From NCBI RefSeq assembly GCF_009834535.1, contig NC_045697.1, positions 50,222,001 through 50,286,000 on the forward strand: a stretch of 64,000 bases of DNA, written 5' to 3'. Numbering within the stretch: position 1 is the stretch's first letter; every line of letters begins with the position of its first letter. Of this stretch, positions 35,096 through 48,119 are shown in pieces. The position numbers and the translations under genes were made by a program. Below the pieces are notes generated by a model. That model saw only the letters and a list, made by a program, of their open reading frames with translations, was not told the DNA's origin and did not search any database. Origin of the DNA: Camelus ferus. Its lineage: Eukaryota.

Positions 35096-36859
35096 GTAAA
35101 GCAGGGAGTGAAAATGGAGATGGCTTACTTCTACCGTCTCAGGTGCCCGTAACAAGAGAGAAACTGTACATGTGTCTCACAGCTTTGCACTGAGATGGGA
35201 TCTTAACATTAATTTCAAACAAAATGTTTCACATGGTAAAAATTACTTGAAACGTAAAGATTTAAAAGTCATTGGAAACACTCATATCACTCAGGTTTAG
35301 ACTCACCACGGAGAAGGTAGACCCAAACATCTAGGGAGTAAAATACGGAAAAGACATGGTCCAAAGTGCGACTGCCGTCTTCTACTCTGCAGGACTTGGA
35401 CTTCACCAGAAGAGGGCGAAATTACTCAAGCTATTACATGGGCAAAAGGGAACAGCTACAGAGACCTTGAAACACAAAAAGAGAGATAAATGGAAATGGT
35501 ACTGTTTTATAAACCACCTTTTTAATCGAATGCTTATGCTGGGGGATGTATTCGTGGTTAATTTTTTTAACTACTGTAAATCAGTTGATGAAAATTGGTA
35601 ATTAGTGGGCAAAACAGGGAAAGGGAAGCGGGTCATCAAAGGCACACAGGAGAAGATAGCTCTGACTGGGAGGCAGACTCAGAGCATCAGACAGAAGCTC
35701 TCTGCCTTACTTCCTGTGGAGATGTTCCTCCTACAGCCGCTCTCATACACACACAGACTTGAACGCATTGGTACAACTAAATATCGGATACTCAGCTGGG
35801 GCGTGAGGCTAACTTCCCATGCTTTATATGCATATTTACAAGGAGAATGATCTCCAAGAGAAGCTGCCCAACACCTTTGCCATTTCAGTTAAACGGGTTA
35901 TGAAAAGGGGTCACAGGTGAGGGGGATGTTGTTGAGGGATTGTGGCTATAAGATTGGTAAAGGCAACTCTTTCCGAAATGTATGGCCCTGCTAGCAGTGA
36001 GTCGTCATCCTCTTTCTCTTTAGTAGCAGGATAATGGGGCTTCTATCATCCAAACCCTAGTCTAGAAATGGATTTCAGGGGGCCAGTCAGAGAACTAGGA
36101 AATAGGCTCACAGAGAACAGGTGCCAGCTCATGCCTGGAAAGCTGAGAGGGACTCTGGACAGAGCTTGACTCTACCCACCAGGAAATCCAAAGGGAGAGA
36201 GAGGTGGGCTCCTGGATGCCCAAGGAGGAAGGAGGTTCAAGAGACCAGCCTCCTAGAGAAGCATTTGCCTTGGTCCAGGGACTTGCTGGAGGGTTTTGAA
36301 GATTGCCCCCTGAGCTGGACAGTCTTAGCTTCCCGCTGCTGAGAGTCCAAAGTCTCTCAGCCAAGTGGGAGCCTCTTCGTCTTCTTCAATCTTTCCTCTC
36401 TCCCCTGCTTGGTCCAGTAAAAGAATAGCCAGAATCAGGTTTGAGCTGGGGAATGGGAGGACATTTAAACTAAGTTCAGAATGTTCACTCTTGCATGGAT
36501 TTTGGTCATTTTAAGTTCCAAATGCAGACTATTTTCTGAGTAAAATTGATCTGAAATCTTATCTAAGTGTAACTAGAAAAGTCATGGATTCACTCAATTC
36601 TTCATTCAGGGCCAGAGGAAGGTGACTCCCAAAAATAAAGTTTAAGGGACAGTGGGGGGCTGTACTGTGTTCTGTACTGTGTACATTTACATAATCTGAG
36701 GCTTAAACTGATTCATAGATGTTGATTTGATGCTTGCCTTTGAATGCATCTTGTTTTCCTGGCTGTTTGAGAGGATACTTCTGGAAAGCCAGCGTTTTTC
36801 CTTCTGAGCACTTGGCATTGGGTCAATAACACAGAGTAAAATTTTAAAAACATCCACAA

Positions 36860-37790
36860 AACTGAATCACTCTCAGCAACAACAGATATGAAAGGTAAAA
36901 TGATCTATTGATTAAATGTCCAAAAAACACCTCAACCTATGTGTCCCAGGCAGCATTCCTGATTTGCTTCCATGACAGCCAAACCGCTTGCTACCTGCCC
37001 CGTCTTCTTCGTCTCAGCAAATAGCACTATCATTGATTAGGTTTGTCTGGATAAACATTTAGAAGTCCTTCTTGATCCCCCCCTTTTCATACATCCTTCA
37101 GCTGACTAATCTAAGATCTGTCTTCAAAATGCATCCACATCTGGCCGCTCTCCAGCCTGTGCTGCTCTGCCTTGACCCGTCTCCCAGTCTCTCCCATGGA
37201 CTCTTGCCATAGCCTCCTAGATGATCTCTGTACTTCTTCTCTTACCCCCTTACAGTCAATTCCTCCAGCAGCTAGGCTGATCTTAAAGCAGAAACCAGAC
37301 TGCATTAATTCTCAACCCCAAACCTATAATATCAATGTCACATCTAAATCTTTACTGTGCTCTCCAAGACTTCCCATGATCTGACTGCTGCCAGAATCAC
37401 CTAACACCCTGTTTTGCTTCTATCTTTCATGACTCTCTTGCAATCACACCAAGATCATTCACATCTCAGGGTCTTTATTTTCGCTTTTCCCTTATATCTT
37501 TGCATGGTGGGCTTCTTAAATCATTCAAAACATAATTCAATTTTATGTTCAAATATCATCTCCTCAGAGAAGTTTTTATTACCAGCTCATCTAAAAAAAT
37601 GCAGTCTCCCCAGTCACTAGCTGTCCTTTAATATTGCTTTATTTTTCACCCTAACAGTTATTATCTGACATTTTGTTATTTGTGTTGGTATATTGTCTGT
37701 CTACCCCATGAGAACAGAGACCATGATTGTTTTATTCCTTGAGCACCTGGAACAATCCTGATGCTTAACATTCAACCAATATTTTAAAGA
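36860..37790 (+). mobile_element. LINE-2 3' region
   Basis: aaacacctcaacctatgtgtccc...ttgccatagcctcctagatgatctctg...cagcagctaggctgatct...atgagaacagagaccatgattgttttattc. Confidence 0.8.
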
Positions 37791-37839
37791 CTATTTATTA
37801 ATTAGTTAATTAACCAATTGATTTTTTAAGGAAGTACAT

Positions 37840-38000
37840 ATGTAGCAGAACAAAAAGAGCACTGGATTTGGAGTTGTGGAGTCCTGATTGAGTTTTTCCA
37901 CTAATTCGTTGTGTGGATTTTGACAAATGATTTCAACTTCCTTTCTCTCTATTCACTTTAAAATAACCTTTAAGGAAATCCAATGCTCTGAAATTCCATG
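37840..38000 (+). mobile_element. MIR SINE fragment
   Basis: aaaagagcactggatttggagttgtggagtcctgattgag...ccactaattcgttgtgtgg. Confidence 0.65.
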
Positions 38001-38139
38001 CTGCCTAAAACACAGAGTCATCTCTGGTATAGGTAATATGTCTTTTTGGATTATATACACAGACATCATAAATCAATGAATTCATGCGATATATCTAGAT
38101 GGCCTTCAGACTTTACTTCTCTCCCTCCCTCTTTCTCTT

Positions 38140-38900
38140 TTTTATTAAAGTATTGTGGGTCACCTTCCATGTGCCAAGCGCTGTGCTAGGCACTTGTAAG
38201 GCAAAGATACAGCAGACATTTTCTCTGCCTGCAAGAAGGTCATAATCTGAAAAAGAAGACTGAAATGGAAACAAATGAATTAAAGTATAGTTTGAAAGTG
38301 CATAAGCAGAAATTTGTTCATGATAGGGGGGTGAGTCAGTCTACCTGGGTGCTCAGAGTAGAGCGAGAAGGGGAGATTATGTGATGTGCCTTTTCTGAGT
38401 GCTTCACTGCTGGAGGGAAGGGAGCAGTGGAGGGAGATGTCAAGAAAGATAAACGCTGGTGGATGAGTCCACTAGCCTATTGGGTTGGAAGTCCTTGACA
38501 ATGTTTATCGTTGCAGTTTTAGTGGAATGGTGGGTACCAAGCAAGGGTGCTGTGATTTGAAGGGTGACTGGGCTGGGATGGTGATGGTCATGAGGCTGTG
38601 GGAAAGGAGCTTGCAGGGGAAGGAAGTCCAGAGTGCCACTCAGCCAAAGGAGGGAGCTCATCTTCTTTTGGGACAAAGGAGAAGAGGGCAAGAGGACTGC
38701 AGCACTCAGGGGCATTTGTAGAGCACAGTTGGGAGGTGAGGAAATTCTCAGCAACTTGTACGTCCTTAGTGAAGTAAATGTGAAGGTCCTGAGCCGAGCT
38801 GAAGGGACAAAGGTTGGGTAGGAGATTTGAGGCCGTGAAGCATCGGAGCATATTCTTGCCATGTAGGGCATAGGTGAAGTCCGGCGGCTGACTCACACCC
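38140..38900 (-). mobile_element. LINE-2 fragments
   Basis: ccatgtgccaagcgctgtgctaggcact...ctctgcctgcaagaaggtcataatct, and gcagttttagtggaatggtggg. Confidence 0.6.
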
Positions 38901-40077
38901 GGCAGATGAGGAGATAGTGCTTCTGTTGACAATGATCCTCTCAACCTAATGGGTTACTTATTTTTGATGATTCCTGTCTTCATCATGGGCTATTAGGAAG
39001 TACTAAATTGTGCTTGGGCCTACTCTTAATTTCCAAGGCTAATGACTGTTAATACTATTTTGCTGGTTTAACCTCTTAATAAGAAAGCATAATAAACAAC
39101 GATGCTGAGAACAGAAGGCTCAGCACAAAGTGTCCCAGTTGAGAAGCCAGGGATGCACGTTAGTCAGCTGTCAGGCAGGCAGGTGCGCTGATCTCTATTT
39201 TGGAGTTTCATCTTAAAGAAACACATAGGCATTTGTATTTATTCATTCATTCATTCGTTCATCCGTTCAGTAAACATTTACCAACTACTCTATGCCAGAT
39301 AACCTGGCAGTCAATGAAAATGCAGCAATTGAAAATCCAGTCCTCATACTTTCATGGGTATTAACCCAAGGATGTATCCAATGCATCTACTCAGTTTCTA
39401 ATATTAAAATTAAATATTACAACTGTTTCTCTACAGCATATTTTTGTTTTATTTTATTTAAGTTTTTGTAGTATCTTTGGTGTAGCTGCTCAATTGCAAT
39501 CACCAAGACTGTATTTTCTGTAACTAAACTGCATTTAGTGCTTTGAAGTGAAAAAGGAACATGAAAGGAAGAGTCTCTCTTATACCTTTTAATTCCTCAC
39601 CCACTCTCTGCCCTCAGCCTTCAAGTTTCCATCCTGTGCAGGCACCTGCCTTTTGTCTTAGTCATTCCCTGGGATCTCCCTGAGCGCTCAGCCAATGAGA
39701 AGGAAATCTTGGCTGCTTCCCAAGCTGCTGCTTTTGGCCTGAGGGAGGCACTGTTGCCTTTTCTTACCTATTGGTGTCCGTAAGTAAATTATTTAGCTGA
39801 AATGAAAGTAAATGTATATGCAATTAAAAAAAATCTTGTAAGAAATTCCAACTTTATTACATTCCTAGGGATCTGATGTAATGTATTTGCCTGTTGCTTC
39901 TTTATTTTTAATTACTAGAATAGTTGTTTTGCACCATACTTCAGATTAGAGAGAAGTTGTGTTGACAATAATCTCTGAAGGAAATCTCTAGTTTCCTTTC
40001 TTCAAAATTTCTTTTCTTCTTTCCTACCTTCCTACTTCCCTTCTTCCCTTCCTTCTTCCTTCTCTTCTTTCCTTCCT

Positions 40078-40300
40078 TTTATTCATTCATTCCGCAAATC
40101 TTTAGTGATCTCTTATTCTGTGCTAGGCTCTGCATTAGAGTGTGAGACTATAAAGTGGAATAAGAAGCAGCCTTTGTCCTCAGGGACCTTATACTCTAGA
40201 CAGAGAGACCTCTAAAATAGCATGGAGGTCAGGTAAGTCTCCTTTGAGTTGATTCATTGAGATTCAGCAGGAGCTGGCCACGTGAAGATGGGTAGAGAGA
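40078..40300 (-). mobile_element. LINE-2 3' end
   Basis: attcattcattccgcaaatctttagtgatctcttattctgtgctaggctctg...cctttgtcctcagggaccttatactctag. Confidence 0.75.
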
Positions 40301-40347
40301 GGGAAAGATTTTGACTCCAAACTTAGAGCTTTTAGTTTCGATTCTTG

Positions 40348-40700
40348 TGTTAGCAGCGATTAGGTTCTTGTCTCGTAGCAGAAAGAATTCAGAGATGAGA
40401 CATGGAAGTTAAGAAAGTGAAAAAGGGATAGGCACTCTCAAGGGGAGAGCGGGCAGGCTCAGGTGAGCAGCTGTGCTGAGTTTCTTTGGCAAGCTGGTTA
40501 CACAGAGTGTAAAAATGAGTTGGCAGAATATTCATTAGGGAGGGAAGGGTTTGGGGTCACACTTCCTGGTTTTCATCCCAATTCCACCTTCCCAAAGGGA
40601 GAAGAAATCTCCCTTCCCAAGGGGAGAAGAAACTCCCTGGATCGGTGTCAGCGCATGATGGGTACTTCTAATCTGAAAGTGTCCTATCTATCAATTCACA
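40348..40700 (-). mobile_element. ERV1 LTR fragment, MER41-like
   Basis: reverse complement gaattctttctgctacgagacaagaacc...ctaaca resembles the MER41 U5 end; right boundary uncertain. Confidence 0.6.
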
Positions 40701-40959
40701 TCTGAGTTGAGAATTGTTGGAGCACTGTGTACCACATTTACTTATTAGTTAATCTGAGATGAGAAGACGTGAAACTTAATTCTTTCCACCCTGCTGTAGT
40801 TCACTGTTTCTGATAGTGTATGATCTGCTTGTAAAGGTGAACATAAGCCCTACACAGAAGTATAATCCATAATCCTCCCAACCAATAAATAAGGATATAA
40901 ATCCTTTCATTTCATTTCACTTTTCAATGTGAGTGGAATTTTGTTCTTACCTCTGTGAA

Positions 40960-41132
40960 GTAATTTCTCAACTCTGCTCACACATGAAATTTTTCAAAGA
41001 TATCTTAAAAAGCATAGATGCCCCCACTTTCCCCCAGGAAGTGCTGATTTTGTAAGTCTATGATGGTACCTAAACATTTCTGTGTAAAAAAATCCCCTAA
41101 TAATTTTGATCTTGAACTAGTGTTGAGAAGTA
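40960..41132. mobile_element. MER5-like hAT-Charlie fossil
   Basis: tttctcaactct...gatgcccccactttcccccagg...ctgattttgtaagtct...tagtgttgagaag. Confidence 0.55.
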
Positions 41133-41179
41133 AGTTGTTGACTACACTCGATTGGTATCTTGTGATAGAAAGTCACATA

Positions 41180-41290
41180 TTGACTGTGTGACCTTGGCTA
41201 AGTTACCAAGCCTCTCTGATCCTCAGGCTCCTCATTTGTGAAGTGGCACCAATAACATCTACTCATAGGATTGTTGAGCTCAATAGAGGC
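41180..41290 (+). mobile_element. MIR SINE core
   Basis: ctgtgtgaccttggctaagttaccaagcctctctgatcctcaggctcctcatttgtgaagtgg. Confidence 0.85.
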
Positions 41291-44154
41291 TGGAACACTT
41301 TCCTATGAAAAACATAGAGGATTCCTTATACACCAGACTTAGAATAAAAGTGGAATCTTAGTAACCCTCTTTTCTTAACTGAGCTAGTAAGACAAACAAA
41401 AATACCAGTAGCTTTTCATGTTTCTCAGCTCCTCCTGAGAATAAGTGACATGAAAAAGCGAGGGGGTGGAGGGTCAGAAGGGACTCTGACACTCAGTACT
41501 ACGTTGGTGGTCCATCCAGTTTTTTGAAATAAGATTTGTTGAACACCTGTTTTATGCAAGTCATATTTATCTTTTTCTCTTAAACATCCGCAAATCTCTA
41601 TCCCTATTATCCAGAGTCATATGTCTGTCTCTCGTTGGCTCTCACTGCTCTAACAGACACCTAACTGATCATCCTGGCTTCAGTGTCATTCACTTTCCAT
41701 ACAAACAGTCACACTGCTTCCCTGCTGAAACCCCCCTCCTGCTGGATCGTACCCAAGCACCCTAGCAAGGAAACCAAAGCCCTTGAGAGCTGCCTGCTTC
41801 TTCTTTTCTATCTTGTACCATCTCCCTGTTGAGCAAGAAGCATAATGAAGCATTAATGATTCTGAACAAAACCTCCTGTCTTGGCACGTTTTATACAGGA
41901 CATTCCCTCAGCCTGGAGAACATGTCTTTCCTTTTCTGCCTAATGAAAGACAACATTTTAAACCTGTATTTACTGAGTGTTTGCTTTCTGTGGGCCACCT
42001 TGAAGATATTTACTTTGTTTCTCAGATTCCCCCTTATGTTACATACTGTAACTTTTATTTCAGCATAAAGGGGTCTGAGGTCCAGGGAGTTTAAAGTTTT
42101 ATGGGAATATTGTCCCCCATCCTCCTGGACCCTTGTGTCCACTCTCTTATAACTGCCTTTTTGGTATGGAAAGGGAAGGAAGGAAGGGAGAGAGGAAGGG
42201 AATTTTTTTTAAAGTAGATTGAATGTGCTATGCAAGCAGGAACTTGGACTTCCTCGCTTCTGAATTCGCCTTAGGTGGGCTGCGCTGGGCTTGCAGCAGT
42301 TACAATCTATAAGTCAAACGAGTAAACGGGTGACTTTGTTTCTAATGCTATGCTTTTTGAAAATGAATAACATCCATTCCTTCACATCAAGGGCTGGGAT
42401 CCACATCCAAGTAATTTCAAATTCATTTCAACCACCCTCTCCGACAACTGTAAAAAAGGAGTGTATTGAATTTTCATTTAGTCTATACCACTGTTCTAGC
42501 TTGTTGTTCACTGTACCCCCACCCAGTGTCACCCCACCATCTACCTCCATCATCTACCTCCCGACTTCTGCCCCATGTCCTCAATGAGGACAGACTAAGT
42601 ATGACACAAACAGACAAGACAAGGCAAAACAAAACCAAAAGCAACTTTGGTGAAAAATCCCTTAGCAGAACCTCATTTCCAACAAGTTAAGTATTTTTGC
42701 TTTTATAAAAGGCACTGCCACATACAGAAAACACACCCTGTTCCCAAAGCCTGTGCTGATTAAATGTGGCCTTGTGCTACGTGTTAATTATGTTTCTTTC
42801 CAAACAAACCTGGGGACCTCTGCTTCTTTGAAGATGGCTTTGTGTTTAGACGTCCATGGAAATGCTACACAATATTGAACCATGTATCATTGTTCATAAA
42901 AGTCCGTGATTTACTAAACAAACATTCCTTACTTAATAAAACAAGGGAAGTGTTTCAACAAAAAGGGTGCGGCTATATCAGGAGGGCTTGCTATTCGCAC
43001 ATCTTGGTTTTGTAGCGATAAAGCCGTCATTAAAACCTGCAAGCTCTTTAAAATTACAACTGCCAGGCCAGATGAGTTTTATCTGAAGAGAGATTAAATG
43101 TGAGGGTATTCACCTCACGTTCCAGGACAATCTCTGGAAACACAGCTATAAAAATAAAAGGGAGAGAGGTCAGAGTCAAGGGGGCATGCTTTTGAGGGGG
43201 GCAGCTCTTGAATCTTGCCCAGGACATCTTGGGGTGAGGGTGAAATGCCTTTGGGAAAAAGAGTGAAAGACCTCTAATGTCAAAGAGGTGTCACATTAAA
43301 AACAGTGATTTCATTTCATTAAAGCAAGAGGTCATATACAATTTCAAAATTGACTTCTTGTTGGTTAGCACTTCTCACCAATGAGGTGTTGTCTAATCTC
43401 TCAAGAACTACTTTCTAATCAAGAACGGTAACAGAAAAGTAGAAATTAGAACCTGATTTTTAAGAGGAAAAATGACACTTGCAGCTACCTAAGTATCTCA
43501 AAAGTTACAGGGTTCAGGAAGGAAAACTAGCTGCTCTGTGCTCACTTTTATGTCACGTGGTTTTTTTCCTATTCAAACTATACTTTATGAAATAGGAAGA
43601 AATATACTTAGTGTATAAAGAGTTCCTGGAGATCAAAGGAAAAACCTTAAGTTTTCTTAGTTTTGCTAAGAACTAGATGGATACATGCTAAAAAAAAAAT
43701 ACCCAAAAGAATGTTTCAAAAATATTCAACCTCAATAACAATGAGCTAAGTACAGTTTAGCAGGACAGTGAGCTACAATTGGCAAAGATTATAAAAACAG
43801 ACATCACTCAGGGTGGGTGACGGTACAGCAGGATGGGAGGCCTCATGTGGAAGTGGAGTGAGAGAGTAAGGCAGCAGGAGCTTTTCCATTCAACGAAGCT
43901 TTGGCAGTTCTTACACCAAATCTTTATGATGTCATATCCTTGGAAACAGTCATTCCATTTCTGAGACTCTATTTTCAGAGAATGATTAAAAAAATAAACC
44001 AAGAAGATCCAAGAATAGAGGGATCATTGAGAAAATATGATGTAGTGTTAAAATGACATTTACAAAAAGATTTGTTTGTTATGGGCAATATTAATATAAC
44101 TCTATCTACTGCATGCTATCAACTCAGTGAGAGGTCTTCATCCTCCTCCTACTA

Positions 44155-44360
44155 ATTTTAGTAATAAAGCCAAACTGTGTCTACCGTTTGCTGTGTGCCA
44201 GGAACTCTTCCAAGCCCTTTATGTGTATTAATTTGTTTAATTCTTACAACAACCTGTAAGGTAAATTTTACCATCCCCACTTTACAGATGAGGAAACAGA
44301 GGCACACAGATTTGAAATAACCTGTCTCGAGCCACACAGCTAGAAAATGGCAGAGCCAGG
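44155..44360 (-). mobile_element. MIR SINE
   Basis: ctgtgtgccaggaactc...aattcttacaacaacctgtaagg...ccccactttacagatgaggaaacagaggcac. Confidence 0.9.
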
Positions 44361-46074
44361 TTTTTTGTTTTTGTTTTTGTTTTTTTAAGATTTATTGAGG
44401 TATAATTCACATATCATAAACTTCACTCTTTTAAAGTACATAATTCACAGGGTGAAGTTGAACTAGACACTGGTCACAGGCAGTACCTCTGAAGTAGGAG
44501 AGATTAGAGGGCAACATTTTCTGAATCTGGGTAATTTTCTTGCACATAGTGCATGAAGGCGAGGAGCTTTTCTTTTATCCCATGGTATCGCAGGGCTTAG
44601 CAGGGCAACTGGGCCCTAGTGGACATATCCTCTGTGTGAATGAATAAATGAGTCCAGTGACCTGGAGACTAAATTTCAAGGCTGCTGGTTAAGCCCGGGC
44701 TTGACTCCCAGCTGCCTCTTTGACCTTTGACCAAGGTTGAGCTTCTGAAAATTTCTGGACTGCCCACCCGGTTCTGACCCACTGCCTTGTTTGACCTACC
44801 TGCGCATTGTGACCCAGGTGGCAGGTCATGGGGCGCTTGACAGCAAGCCCCATTTGAAGATAGCCCAACCAGATCCTGTCTACATCGCTCACTCAGCTCT
44901 GGTTTGGCTCTCAGGGTGGTCCCCACCTTGTTCCCATGCTGACCAGACATGTTTATCTCCAGTGAGGAAATGCCCCAGGGCTGGTTTAGCTTCTACCCAT
45001 GAAAATCCCCCTGCTTGTATTCCCTGGTCCCTGGGATACTGTGAAGTGAAGGATTTGGTAAAGAAAGAAACTCCAGAACATTCACTCTTGCAAAATGCCT
45101 CTCTTTTTTGTTTGTAAAGACAGAAAAGACCTAGCATTCAGTTTAGGTTTTGTTTGAAATAAGAATTCTGCTATCAATGAAAGAGTTAAAACAATCACTA
45201 TTCGAAACTTTTCATTAGAAAAACCTATGTAAAAATTATCTCCTATGACTGTAAACCTCCTCTCACTTGAACTATAAAGGCTTTAAAAAAATCTAAATTA
45301 ACATTTCTATTTGAATAATTTGTTTTTAAGCTCAAAGGCAATAAAACCAAACTTACCATTTCTCTCACCCCAGCTTTCTTTCTATTTCCACCATATGATT
45401 TCATCATTTACATAGCTACATAGTCGCTCTCAACTCATCGTTTATCCAGAGAGTGGTCTCAAATGAGTTTTAATTTTTTTTCTCTTGCAATGCCTTTGAT
45501 ATTGAGTCCTGGTTTTCATTTCACATCTAAGATCTCACTACTCAGCCATATCGACTAAAAATGTTTCTCTGTTAACACTAGTGGTAGAGGAATGTTTTTC
45601 TTCTGTATTTTTTCTTTCATGGCGCTGCTAGAATAACTGGTAAAGACTGTTTTTACATTCTCCAAGTCAACACTCTTTCACGCTTTTTTTTCTTAAAGTA
45701 TCAAATTGTATGACTCCTGTTTTTCAAATTTTTCTACTATCTCATCCCAATTTATCAATTCAAAGCAATTGGTTTCTAACTCCTTAGATGTTTCCTTGGC
45801 TTTAGTTGTGTACTGACCCATGTGTACACCATGACCATGCACTATCTCTGAAGCTTTGCTCTGTCTTCTTTGTCTAGAATGTCCTCTCCAGTTTCTGCCT
45901 TCCTTCACCCACCAATCCAAACCTCTCCCATTTTATAAAATTTTCCTTCTCAAGGAAAGCACATCTAACTTAGTCATCAGTAATCAGACACCAATAGACT
46001 AGAGAGCAAATCCTGTGGTTCCTGTGGTTTCTAATATTAGTTACACTAAATATTAAATAGTCACTCTCTTCTGC

Positions 46075-46940
46075 TTTTTTTTTTTTAATTGAAGTATAGT
46101 GAGTTACAATGCATCAATTTCTGGTGTACAGCACAGTGTCTCAGTCATGCATATAAATACATATATTTGTTTTAATATTCTTTTTCATTAAAGGTTATTG
46201 CAAGATATTGAGTAGAGTTTCCTGTGCTATACAGAAGAAAATTTTAAATCTGTTTTTATATATAGTGGCTAACATTTGCAAATCTCAAACTTCCAAATTT
46301 ATCTCTTCCCACCTTTTTTCCCCCAGTAACCATAAGATTGTTTATTATGTCTACAAATCTGTTTCTGTTTTGTAGATGAATTCATTATTGTCCTCTTTTT
46401 TCTTTTATTAGATTCCACATATGAGTGATATCATATGGTATTTTTCTTTCTCTTTCTGGCTTACTTCATTTAGACTGACTGATCGTTAGGTCCATCCATG
46501 TTGCTGCAAATGACATTATTTTATTCCTTTTTATGGCTGAGTAGTATTCCATTGTATAAATATACCACAACTTTATCCAGTCATTTGTCGATGGACATTT
46601 AGGTTGCTTCTGTGTCTTGGCTATTGTATATAGTGCTACTATGAACCCTGGAGTGCATTTATCTTTTCAAGTTAGAGTTCCTTCTGGATATATGCCCAGG
46701 AATGGGATTGCTGGATCATATGTTAAGTCTATTTTTAGTTGTTTGAGGAATCTTTATACTATTTTCCATAAAGGCTGCACCAAACTACATGCCCACCAGC
46801 AGTATAGGAGGATTCCCTTTCTCCACACCCTCTCCAGCATTTATCGTTCGTGGACTTTTGAATGATGGCCATTCTGACTGGTGTGAGGTGATACCTCATT
46901 GTAGTTTTGATTTGAAAAAGATGCTCAATATTGCTAATTA
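46075..46940 (-). mobile_element. Young 5'-truncated LINE-1 with 14-bp TSD and short 5' inversion
   Basis: TSD tcttctgctttttt at 46067-46080 and 46941-46954; body ends gtagttttgatttg (46914); 46915-46940 is L1 sequence in the opposite orientation. Confidence 0.92.
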
Positions 46941-47479
46941 TCTTCTGCTTTTTTATATCAATTTACCTTCATTTCCAAGAAAAATGTCCATTTGGGGGCC
47001 AAAAACTATGCCATTTAATAATTTTTTTTTGTATTTCTTATTATCTAGAATATGTGCACAATAATACCTTTTGTTGGAGTGACTAGGGAGGAAGGAAGAT
47101 TTAACCCGACAAAGAGGATACATGTAACACTCTTCCAAAGAGCTTTGTCATTTCCTTTGTACATGACATTCTATCCAGAGGATTAAACATATTGGGGTGA
47201 TCTTGGGGTTAACCATTTGTGTGTGTCATCTTTAATGGTATTGAAATGAAACTTCTAACTTTGTATCTTTATAGTTACTGGTATCAGAATATTTCTGATC
47301 GTACTCTTGGTGTGTCTGCTAATAATCTTGTGGATCAAAAGTACCACTTTCAGACAAAGATAACTGCCAACTACTTCTCGTATGATTGTAATCTTGTAAG
47401 TCATGACGGAATACTCTAGGACTTGAATTGAAACTCATTTTATAGGCATCCTTGACCATCTATAAAGCTAGTGCTCTCC

Positions 47480-47830
47480 TGCTTTTAGGTATTTGCTTTT
47501 CCATCTGCCTGAATTATCTTCTTTCCTTTTCTTAGCTCCTGTCTTTTTTGGGTTACTTCAACACCATCATCAGAATTCCCTTCTCTTCTTCCAGTGAGCC
47601 TCCTGGAACCCACAAGATGTGCATCCTATATGTTCCCTGAGGTCTCTGTACACACTACATCATAACACTACAGGGTGATAATGTTATTGCCTGGTAACTT
47701 GACTAAATCTCCACTAGACTGTAAACCCCAGGATGGCAGTGAGTAAGCCTATCTTTCTGAGCATTATATCTCCACCTCTAGTGTATGGAATGAATATAAA
47801 CTGTGTTGCAATTTAAGAGAATTGACTAGT
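47480..47830 (+). mobile_element. LINE-2 3' region
   Basis: ctccactagactgtaaaccccaggatggcagtgag...attatatctccacctctagtg. Confidence 0.65.
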
Positions 47831-48119
47831 AAAATGATCTCTTACATCAGTTGTCCTCCATAATTAGATTCTACACATTGAGGAATTTTTCTGCAATGTA
47901 TATGAATTTTCAATGATACAAATTCAATCATATATATTATTTTTCAATCATTTATGTTAAAGGAAATTCCATAAAATATGGAATTTAATTATGCCTTCCT
48001 ATAGTTCTCAATGCATTTCCAACCCTTGTCATTATCCATGCATTCTACATCATTGTAGCAATACTATTTTGTGTTGTTTTATTAAATGTGACTTTATTTA
48101 TTTACATATGTCATATATA

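Noticed and set aside
38440..38944. Overlapping 143-aa and 118-aa minus-strand ORFs
   Set aside because: They lie within a decayed LINE-2 fragment and are S/P/L-rich with no recognisable domain.
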